Positions 9,595 through 20,384 of a stretch of 64,000 bases of DNA are shown here, piece by piece. A program made the translations under genes and the position numbers. The first letter of the stretch is position 1. The number at the start of each line of letters is the position of its first letter. The stretch spans positions 1 to 64,000 of the forward strand of contig NGBS01000026.1 of assembly GCA_002245135.1 (NCBI GenBank). Reading direction: 5' to 3'. The notes beneath the pieces are model-generated. The model ran no database searches. It was not told where the DNA came from and worked only from the letters and a program-made list of their open reading frames with translations. The DNA is from Proteromonas lacertae (taxonomy: Eukaryota).

Positions 9595-12500
9595 AAAAAT
9601 CACATTCAGTCTTGCTATATTTATTATTTCGATTCCACTTTACCCTTCAAATCCTAGGGACACACAGTTATCGTTTGAATATTCTTTCTTTCTTTTATTT
9701 GAGTATTATAAATTACATCTGTATATTCTTCTTTACAAATATTACACGAGTGAAGTATTTTGTCCTTTTTATTGTTAGTTTGAACAACATAAACTTCATG
9801 CCACTACTTTATTGTTTAAATTATCCCTTTTATATTTATGATATTAAATAATAAACAATACACATAAATATGTATTAAATTGTATTATGATGTATTAAAT
9901 TTTCTTGTTGTTTGATGATTATACATCCGAAATTTTATTGGAATCATTATTAATATATTCATTTATCGTAAGTTTGTAATTTATATCCACAAATGGAAGT
10001 AATTGAAAATTTGATAAGTCTAGAAATTCATCATTTATATCATCATAACATATGTAATATGCAAAAATAAATCACATAAGAGTATTATTGTCTTTATCAT
10101 ACCTTCTGCATATGAATTAAATCACATTTTAAGTTTTGGGTTATTCAAAATTTTGATAAAAATATAATTTCGTTATTTTTGTTATATATTTACATAAAGA
10201 TGATAATAAAAGTGAATAAAAGCATAAGAGAAGAAGGGTATTTTTTATATTTATTTTTATGATAGATTATGTCGAAAACTGGTTGAAAGTGGTTTTGGTG
10301 ATATAGAAGTGAAGATTGGAGATAATCGAATAATGTCAATCAAATCAATTTTAGTGAATGGAAATGAAACTGTAAAGAAACTGTTGTTAGATAGTGAGTT
10401 TGTAGGAGTTTTAGAGTTATATGAAGAAATCGAAGAAATTGGCTATTATGAGATGGAGAAATACTACAGTGGTGGTGAATTGATAATGTGTAAAGAGAGT
10501 GTGTGTGAAGTGTTGATGTTTTGTTTATGTTATTGTGAAAAAGAGATAATAAATGATTGTTATGAATTTGTGAAGAATAATATAGATGATGAAGTATTAA
10601 TGAAATTAATTCATATGTGTAATGTATTTGGTGGATGTTTGAGAGAGATAGAAGACTTGAAAAATATGGAAATAGAAAAGCGAGGATATAAATATTTACA
10701 TAAGAATGAATATTTGTTGAGATTAGAAATGAATAATTTGATGGAGATATTAAATATGAAAGATGTGATAATCGTGAATGAGTTATGGTTATTAAATCGT
10801 TTATTGGAATGGTATAAATTCCAAAAGAATGAGAAAGATAATAAAGAGATTAAAGCAGATTTTAAACAATTGATAGAAGAAGATATTGATGGTGAAAAAA
10901 TAAAAGAGAAAGAGATAGAAAAAGAGAATAAAGAAATGTTGAAAGAAATGAAAATAGAATTAAAGAAAAATGAATGTAAAAATCATATAGAAATATATTT
11001 AATAAAAGATGAAAGAATTCAAAATGTAATAATCAACAATTACAATGAAGATAATAAAGATGAAGAAGATTTTAATGAAGAAGAAAGAGGAATATTGGAT
11101 AAGATGAAAGAAGAAGAGTTAAGTGATGAAATAATGTGTATATTAGAAATGAATAAAATAAAAATGATGGAAATAGTATTGATGATAATGAAATATAAAA
11201 ATATGAAAATGGAAAGTATAAATACTAAAAATATATTTAAATAGAATATATCTCAAATATCGAAAAGAGAAATCTATTGGAAAGATTATGTATAGAATAT
11301 AATGAGAATAAAAGAAATCGAACAATGAAATGTTTATGTTTGTTTGTTGATGATAAAAAGAATATTTCAATAATAGAAGAAATATATGGAAAAGAAATTC
11401 TTTTTAGAATGTTGAATGAAGATAATTATTTAAACTCCAAATCTAAAGAATTATTAATGGAATATATAAAAGAGAATAAACTGAGTTTCGAAGAAGAAGA
11501 AGAAATGATTGTAATAATGAAAGATAAAGAATTATTGAAAGAATTAAAAACAAAAGAAATCACATCATTTTCATATCCTCAATCAGATTATTCATTTATA
11601 TTAGATGAAGAAATGTCAATAATTCCATTATTTGATGGAAATCGATGTGAATTTTCAATCAATCCTTCATTGCCAGATGGTTTAATGATAAATAAAGAAA
11701 ATGGAATAATTAATGGAAGAGTAGATAAAGAAATCGAAAAGAGAGAATATGAAATAAGTTGTAAGAATATTCTAAATGAAAAGAAATTCAAAATATCATT
11801 AGAGTTTGAAGAAGGAAAATTCACAGAATTAAACAAAAGTGATGGAATATCAATCTCAAATAATGGAAAATTAATAACAAATACAATTTATGGTTGTTAT
11901 CGCCATTGTTATTTGAATTTGAAAATGGAAAATGGAGTTTATCATATCAAATATCAATTTCATCAAAATGGTAATTATTATGATCATATGATGATAGGTT
12001 TATCAACTAATAATACATTTTCTGGTGATTATATTTTTGATAAATCAACAACATGTAATTATTATGCATGTAATGGTAAAAATAGAAATATTACTGAATA
12101 TTGTCATATTGGAAGAGTTGTTACTTCTAATCCAAATTTCAATAATCATGGAGATGGTTCAATTTATGAAGTGATTGTTGATATGAATAAAAGAGAATTT
12201 TGGATAAGTCATAATAATTCATCTCCAGTTTTACTTGTTAAAGATTTACCTTCTCCATTATATGCATATGCTGATTTATCCTTGGAATTCACATCACTTG
12301 AATTATTATCAGTTTCTCATCAAACAAGTTAGATAATAAGAATTTTTATAACATTTACATTTTCTATAATGTGTTGCTGTTTACTTAAAAAAGAATAAAA
12401 AATAAAAATAGTTTGAATTACTCTTTTCAAAGCATGATCCTCATTTTAATAAAAATAAAAATTAAAAGTGATGTAGTAAGATTTTTATGTAATTGACTTC

Positions 12501-12600
12501 ATAATAGTTATGATAAGAAGTAATAAAAAGAATATAATAAAATGAGGAATAAATCCCATCAGATAACCATTTTTGTGTATTTGAAGTATTTGATGTTAAT
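9595..12600 (+). repeat. Left arm of ~3 kb inverted segmental duplication (partner ~20385-23379)
   Basis: 9595 AAAAATCACATTCAGTCTTGC is the reverse complement of 23359-23379. High identity continues to ~12474, with degenerate similarity to ~12600. Confidence 0.95.
10200..12332 (+). CDS. BTB/POZ-BACK-like + putative Ig (He_PIG-like) + SPRY/B30.2 protein, copy 1 (~691 aa, 3 exons)
   Basis: ATG 10200; introns 10238-10265 (28 nt) and 11216-11244 (29 nt) join track ORFs 10309 and 11277 in frame. GFGDIEVKIGDNRIMSIKSIL (BTB-like), NELWLLNRLLEW (BACK-like), FSINPSLPDGLMINKENGIING (Ig-like), GSIYEVIVDMNKREFWISHN...PLYAYADL (SPRY-like). Confidence 0.8.
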
Positions 12601-12970
12601 TATTAGATATTGATTTGAATAATTTGATGTATATTTAGTAACTGAAAACACATCAACCTCCTATCAAATTGCTTTCAACAACACATTTTATACTTAAGTT
12701 CAGCTAATAGCATTTTTATAACTGAGTTTAGGAAAGAACGTCCTTTTACTTTTTTCTCTTTTGTCTTCTTTATTATTGTGGTGGATATTTCATATTTAAG
12801 CTAATCTCCTCAATCTTATAATTTATACGATATATATAACACTGATCAAGTGAGAAAATATCATATTGTACTTTTTATAGTTTTATAAATATTCCATAAA
12901 ATAATATATAACATTATTTCTTTTAAGGAAGTTAATTTTTATTATTTTTATAAGCGTAAAATTAACAAAT

Positions 12971-14442
12971 TTAATTTGCTTTAGTTTTCTTCTTTTTTGG
13001 ATATTGAACTGTAATAAATCTACCATTGATATTTATTCCATTCAATCTTTTAACAGCTTCATCTACACATTTTTCATCTTTAAAATTGACATATGCATAG
13101 TCTGGAACATCTCTGTTCTTTTGTCGAAATATTTTCAGCGAATGAATCTCACCTATTCTTCCAAATACTTCTTTCAAATCTTCTTCTTTTACTGCATCTG
13201 TCAAACATCCTATAAATACTGTATTGAGATGAAGTTTCTCTCTTGTTCTTTTCCCAATTTCTATAGATATTATTTTGTGATTATATTCTCTATCTGATAA
13301 ATCACAATATGCTTGCTTAGCTAAATCATCATTTTGAAAATAAACTTCATATTCGTTTTCATTTAACAAGGGATTTATACTTTTGATTTTATATTTGCTG
13401 AATATGAACTCTATTTCTTTTTTTGTTAAATTCTTTATTATCAAAGGAGTATTTATTGCATAAATTGAATTACATAATGCATTAATCTTTTGCTTTTCTT
13501 TTTCTTTTTCTTCTTCTTCTAATTGCATAGGTAATAAAGGAATTGATATAGCTTCAGATTGCAATGGAGAAGGAGGAGAAGGATTAACAGATGAAATATC
13601 TTTATCATTTTCATCTATGACAAGTCTTATCTTCATTCTATCTATTTCACTATCTTGTAGTAAGTTTATTGCATTTTTTTTGCCTTCTTCATCTTCGAAT
13701 ATTATTATTGCTCTATTTCTCTCGCTATTATCATTTGATTCTTCAATTATTATGGATTTAGTTTCTCCACATACACTTAAAATATTCGCCATCTTCTCTG
13801 TAGTGGTTGCTAAAGATAGATTTTCGATTATTAGTTCATTTGGATCTTTATACATATATACTTTTATTTTTTCATCTTTTAATCTTTTATCATTAAATTT
13901 ATGTATTGCTTTTATTGCTGATTCTTTATTGGAATATTTAACTGTTGCTGATCTTTTTGAAGATTCATTATTAATTTCTACAGATTCTATATTACCAACA
14001 ATACCAAATACATCAGATAATAATCTTTCATCGCATTTATCATTCAAATTATCAACTTTAACACAATATAACCTTCTATTTTCATTCTCTATATCACTTT
14101 CACTTTCACTTTCACTACTACTTTCATTTTCACTACTATCTTCTTCTCTTACATATTTTCGTTTGTATTGCTTACGTTTTGGTTTTATACTGTCACTTTC
14201 TTGTCGTTTCTCTTCATATACGATTGGTGGTGGTATTTGCATATAGGATTCATTATCATAATACTGTATATTGTGATAATTATGATATGATATAGGATTA
14301 TATGATGTTGAATAATCTATATATTCATAATTTCTCTCATATTTTTGACTTTCTTGTTGCTTAGTGGATATTACATCCGTGTATCTTGTTGTTGTCAAGT
14401 TATTATCTATAAATTAAACATTAGAACATCATATATACTCAT
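12971..14442 (-). CDS. Multi-RRM RNA-binding protein (about four RRMs, PABP-like arrangement)
   Basis: RNP motifs such as VFIGCLTDAVKEEDLKEVF and DYAYVNFKDEKCVDEAVKRLNG. Probable ATG at 14442 with a 32-nt intron 14438-14407 joining to the track ORF. Confidence 0.8.
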
Positions 14443-15030
14443 TTTAACTCAACTTTCAAATTACCATACAAAAGAATTTATGATTGGACAACCATTTCAA
14501 TAGATTCTATTGATGTTTGTGCCGATATTATACCAATAAAGATCCTCAAATAATCCACTGATATATTATCTTCATCTAATCTGCAAATCTATATGAAGGT
14601 GTATAATCTAAAATTTATCTATAGGATAGTTATTTTATACATATTATCCTATTACCATTTAATACTATATTTTAAACAGACATATTAGCTATATATAGGA
14701 ATTTATGGTAAGTTAATGACAGTTGCATACTATTGTAATTTTAATATTATCTGTTGTTCAGGTAGATATAAAATAAGGTATATTCTAACACCAAATAGCA
14801 TATATTAATCTAAACCTTGAAATACATAGTTACCACTTTTTCATCATAATATGAGTAAGATAATGATTATTTAACTTCATCATAACACCATTTCATAATA
14901 TGTAAGCGTAATTCTTACCACAACACGAAATATTCTATTTTGAATAATGATTCAAGCTTTATTTCAAGCTTTTTCTATCATTACATCACTATACATCCCA
15001 CAAACAACATATAATCAATAAAAATAATAT

Positions 15031-15615
15031 TTAAACATTTAAAATAGATTTGAAATATTTATTTCTTATTTTAGTTGGAACATCTTCTCTATAATTATTA
15101 TGACTAATTTTCACTTTTTCTTCATAGTAATTTAAATTAAACTTATAATCAGGAGTATTAGCTTGAATTGGAGCTAAAATTTCGTTGGTCAATTTTGAAG
15201 TAACTGTTTTATTGGTCGTAGAACTTGTTATACTTGTTCTGGACAATTTACTTCTCCTTCTACTACTTCCTATTAATGAACTTCTTCTAGAACTTCCTGG
15301 ACTATTTATATTATATATAAATAAATATATATATATATATACTTTAAATTATACTTCATTTCAGCTGGTATATCGATTGTATTAATGATTTTACTTACAT
15401 CATAATCACTGGATAATCTTTCACTAACATTCAGTCGTTTAAACAATTTTATAGCAATTATTGAGTTATGATATTGATTACAACCTCTGAATATTGTAGG
15501 ATAAAGTGTACATAAGAAATCAGTCCATTGATATATTGATATTCTCATATTATTACTTTCATTATTAATTAATACAAACACATTGTTGTTTAATTCGTGT
15601 AATGAATTTATCTAA

Positions 15616-15646
<31 letters not shown>

Positions 15647-17479
15647 TAATACATTAGGATTATTACAGAATGAATAACCAGCACTTCTTGATGCTAATAA
15701 AAATCCTACTAATCCACCTTGATCTAAATCTAATACAAATAATTCATTCTTATCACTCAACAAAAATAATATTGGCATTTCACTTAATCCAACACAATTT
15801 ATTATATTACCATGTAAACTACTTGACCAATACTTTAAACTAACACTGCTTACTGTTTTACTTAAATCATATTGGAATATTCTTCCTTCTTCATTTAAAC
15901 CAATTAAATGTTGATCTTTATATAAATAACAGCACTTTACTACACTTCCCATACTTTCACATATTCTTTCTATACAATGTAATCTTAAATCATAAATTAA
16001 TAACAATCCACTTTCTAAACCAAAACATACTTTACTTTTTTCATCATTTATGGAATAACAACTTATATTACCACTAATTTCACTACATGATGAATACTTT
16101 AAATCATCTTTCAATTCTGTGTTGATATTCACTAAATCAATACCATCACCATATTTGAAGATTAAATTCTTTCCTTTCCAAAATACTATAAATTCCACTC
16201 TTTCTTTATTGAAACTAGAACTATTAATAATTACAGTTGGAACTGGGAATTCTCTTCCTTCATAACTTTCTATTGAAGTTTTATTCTCATTTACTTCTCC
16301 ATCTTTTTTATTGGGACTTTTCTTTGCATTCTTTGCTGGTTTTGCTGGTTTGGGGGTTTTGGGAGTTTTGGGGGTCTTTCTACCACCTTTAGGTGATGAT
16401 GTATCTTCTTTTGTTTCTTCTTCTTCATTTCTTGGCTCTTTTGCTACGATTGTTCCTATTGAAACAGGAGGTAATATCTTATAACATAATTCTAATTCTA
16501 TTTTTTTATCTTTTATATTGATTTTATATAGTTGGTATTCTGGTTTTGTTGATGTAATTATACAATATTTACCATAACTATGAATATAGCCATTTACATT
16601 TTCAAATTGAATTTTATCACTATTAACCCATTCATTAGCTATCATATCATAATATATTAATGAAAAGGAAGTGTTTGTATTTACAATAGGTGTTGCTTTT
16701 TCTTCTTCTTTTTTAATTGTTTTTTTCTCTGATTCTGGTCTTTCAGATTCATTATTGTTATTGTTGTTATTACCCTTTTCATTTCCTCCTATCAATAAAT
16801 ATAATATATTATCATAAAAACAGGATGTTATCCAACTAATATTCTCATATACATTGGATGTATCAGTATTTACTGATATTGGAGCATCATTATCAATATA
16901 ATATAGAGAAATTTTACTTGATTGATGAGCATATATAATAGTTTTGCTTTCTTTATTAGTTTCTATTACAGTTAATGGATCTTCATCATGTCTATGAGAT
17001 GTTGATGGTTGTACATAGTGTAGCTCTTTAGCTGATAAAGGACCATGGAATGTACCTGCTAACTTTTCTTTCGAATCGAGATATCTCCAAAGTCCATCAA
17101 TTATATCTTCTTCTAATACCTTTTGTATTCTTCTAAACGGTTGAGGGAGAGGATCGTGATGAAAATCTGGATCTAAATAACCATCTGGTACTCCGACATT
17201 CAACACATGTACGAATTTATCTAATAGAAAACAACCATTAGGATGAATAAATGTGTTTGTAAGAGAAATTTTGTCTGCTTGTGTCATTTTAAAACCTATT
17301 TCATCAAAAAACATCAATGCATGTTTATAAACTAATCGTTTATCATTTAATGAAGAGTTCTAGACATATATCATAAAAATGTATACATTAAAGAAGTCTC
17401 GAATATTTATTTGTTTCTTCAAATATGTTAATTGGATTCTCCTTATAAAATCAGGTAGATTCTCATCCACTTGTGACAT
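15031..17479 (-). CDS. WDR93: WD40-repeat protein, WDR93/CFAP297-like
   Basis: ATG 17479 (MSQVDENLP); short introns near 17390-17360, 15650-15612 and 15341-15303. DPLPQPFRRIQKVLEEDIIDGLW resembles the WDR93 N-terminal LPQP(F/Y)R motif; WD-like strands follow (KVCFGLESGLLLIYDL). Confidence 0.6.
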
Positions 17480-17546
17480 ATTCCAAAAAAATCAAAATAA
17501 AACGATTTGACAATTAACACATGTTCATTGCTAGAAATCTTTAAGA

Positions 17547-20216
17547 ATGAGTAACACACCACCAATAGTACCTGGGCTTACAATCAATGTAACATTTACT
17601 GAGACATCTAAAGATCCTGAGACTGGCAAACCGATAACGTTATATTCTCTAGATATAATTGATAATGGTAAGTACAAAGTAGTAAAAGTGAGATATAGAA
17701 TGTATGAATATTAGTGTATATAATTTAGTGTTCTGTTACTAAATCAAAAAGTGAGAATGTCTTTAAACGTAATTCGTCGAAGTGATTTACTATCAGCCCT
17801 TCCCAAACTTCCAGCTAAGCGGTTCTTCAAAAATCTAACTCCAGAAGTGATAAGATCAAGAAAACAAGCAATATCTGAGTTTATGAAAGTATATTGATAG
17901 AATAATTGATGTTAATTATAGAGTTTAGCAGAAATAGCTTGTGAAGAACCTTCCATTCATAGATTAGTAACAAATTTACTAGCTGAAGTAGATCAAACTG
18001 ATAAGTATAGAATTGAATTAATAAATTGAATATAGAGAATTTAAAGAGAAGAGTCGTAGCAGAGGTTCATCGATAGAGAATATGGACATAATCGTATATA
18101 AAGGTACATTATACATGATGAATATAAAAAAGTTGAATTATGAATGGGTTAAAAGATTTGTATTTTTAAAGAATGATAAATTATATTTATATTCTCCAAG
18201 TGGTTCAACTTTGTTATCAGTAATCGATCTAAGTGTAGGAGGTTGTGTTGGATTTATTCCTGCTTCTTCAATTCCAAATTATAATTCCAATTCCGATGCA
18301 AGATGTATTTTATTATCATTACCATTTAACTGTAAGTTTTATATTACTTGTGAGAGTTTAACTGAACAAAATGAATGGGTTAAAGAGATAAAATCTATTT
18401 TGACATATTATAATACAAATGCTGTTGTATTAGGTGATTTTGAATATGTATTTATATATTTATATAATGAATGATAGTGTGATCCAATTGAATTTGCCTC
18501 AAGTGAAGAAACAATCGCAATTCCAACTGAAAATTACAGTGTCGATTATGAAGTAACAACAATAATAGCGAAAACAGATAAAGAAATAATTTACAATGGT
18601 ACTGTATATGGAATAGATGCAATAATTAAACAAATTAATATTCCATTATCAATAGAGAATCAGAAAGTGGTTGATTTAGGTAATTCATTATATCAAGTAT
18701 GCTATTATTATCATTATTATTATTGTATTACTATAGTTACGTCATCCTAATATATTATTATTATATAACATCAATTGGAATCCTCCTGTAATTCAAATAG
18801 TAACAGAGAAATGTAGTGGTTATACATTATATGATTTTATTCATATAAATAATAATGCATTTGATGGAATGACAATAATAAAAATATTAAAAGAAATATG
18901 TTTTGCATTATTATATCTATGGAATGCTAGAAAGACAATATATAGAAGAGAATTATCATCACATTCAATATATTATACAAATGAGAATCAATTGAAATTA
19001 ACAGATTATGGTTATACATCAACAGCTTCGTATATATTTATTATATATATGAAATAGTGAAGAAAATCAATTTATATTAAAAGCTTTATCTCGACCTCAT
19101 GTTCCAATATCTAATGATGATGATAGTGATAGTTTCTTATGGATAGCTCCTGAGATATTAATGGAACAACAATACTGTGAATATTGTGATGTATATTCAT
19201 TTGGAATAATTATTACTGAGTTACTTACATATAATGTTCCTTATAATTATACAAAAGAGAATGAGAATGCAATTTTAGGCAATATTATAAATGAAGGATT
19301 AACTCCATTATTACCTAGTTGGAAAGGTAATGAATTAAGCGAATCTACAATTGGTAAATCATTATGTTATTTAACAAAAGATTGCTTAAGTCGAGATACA
19401 TCAAATAGACCATCTATTAATGAAATTGTATTTATATATATATATATATTGTATTATTTGATTGATTAGATTTCATCATTAAATGCAATTGATATGAATC
19501 CCATAAAATCATTTCATGAAATAGAAATGCCAATGCTAATTGAAGGATTTGATAATTTAGATGAAAATTATAAATTACGAAGTTGTAAAACATTATCTAA
19601 ATATAGTGATGATTGTTTACAATCAATAGTAATTGGTTCTTTAACATCCAACGATCTAGGCCAATATCATTCAGCCATAATAGTTCGATTAAGTCATATA
19701 ATGGATAGTTGTAAAGTAAAAGTAGATCAACAATCTGTAGATGCAAATGATTATAACTTGTTAAATATTTGTAGTCGAAGTATTTATAGTTATATTCGAT
19801 GTTGTGATACTTCAATAAGTGAAGATGATACTCATATAATATTACCTCATTTATTTGAAATAATATACATATTAAGTAGAAATCATTATTTGCATAAAGA
19901 TATAAAGTCAATTCTACATATAAATGGATTAAGTTTGTTGTATATATCATTATATATAACATCTTCCTATCAAGAAGTAGTAAGAAATCTAGAAAGTATT
20001 ATATCTTTATATCATAATGAAAGTGATTTAAAATCGTTTATAATAATGTTATGCCCATATATTAATAATAAGATATTATTTAGTGAAGAATTATGTAATG
20101 ATGAAAAATGGAATAGAATAATACACAGTATAGATTTTAGTGAATTAGACAATTACAATAACAAATTGATAATAACTAAAATATTTGATCTATTTGGTCA
20201 ATTGAAAAATATATAG
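17547..20216 (+). CDS. PX-PH-protein kinase-like (TKL-like, probable pseudokinase) protein with helical C-terminus; multi-exon
   Basis: PX motif LPKLPAKRFFKNLTPEVIRSRKQAISEF; PH motif WVKRFVFLKNDKLYLY..EQNEWVKEI; kinase motifs HPNILL, LKLTDYG, WIAPEIL, DVYSFGII, RPSINEI. Several ~30-nt introns. Confidence 0.8.
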
Positions 20217-20242
20217 ATTATTATTTTTTTTTCTCATTATGT

Positions 20243-20250
20243 TGTTTGTT
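20243..20250 (+). terminator. TGTTTGTT 3'-end/polyadenylation-associated motif (also 37572-37579 +, 29964-29971 -, near-matches 34038-34045 + and 14999-15006 -)
   Basis: Occurs about 25-80 nt downstream of stop codons of several genes on the matching strand; this motif is known from Blastocystis mRNA 3' ends. Confidence 0.55.
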
Positions 20251-20384
20251 GATGAGTTACAAATGATAAGGATATGTACTGAGAAAAAAATAAAAATAGT
20301 CTTGTCCTTTATGTTGTTATGAATAACTAAATGCATAATTAACATTATTAAAACACAACTTTAGCTAATTTGTTATATGTAAGG

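Noticed and set aside
9350..9860. Possible gene remnant upstream of the BTB-SPRY gene (HSCNICKEEY... on the minus strand; mirrored at ~23200)
   Set aside because: Short, interrupted by stops, no recognisable family; cannot be supported without a search.
11845..12105. Diversity-generating retroelement (TR/VR-like pair) explaining the SPRY variation
   Set aside because: Differences include G/C, T/G and T/C changes, so they are not adenine-specific. Both copies are full intron-containing genes and no reverse transcriptase is visible.
13004..14246. Antisense and short ORFs from the track (e.g. 2674, 11588, 13004, 13617, 21153, 25604, 44725, 50131, 58894)
   Set aside because: Low-complexity shadows of real genes on the opposite strand or in another frame in AT-rich DNA; no recognisable motifs.
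15612..15650. (AAT)n and (TA)n tracts as CRISPR-like or functional repeat arrays (also ~15325, ~30815, ~41005, ~41155)
   Set aside because: Simple microsatellites inside introns or Asn codon runs; no spacer structure and no cas genes.
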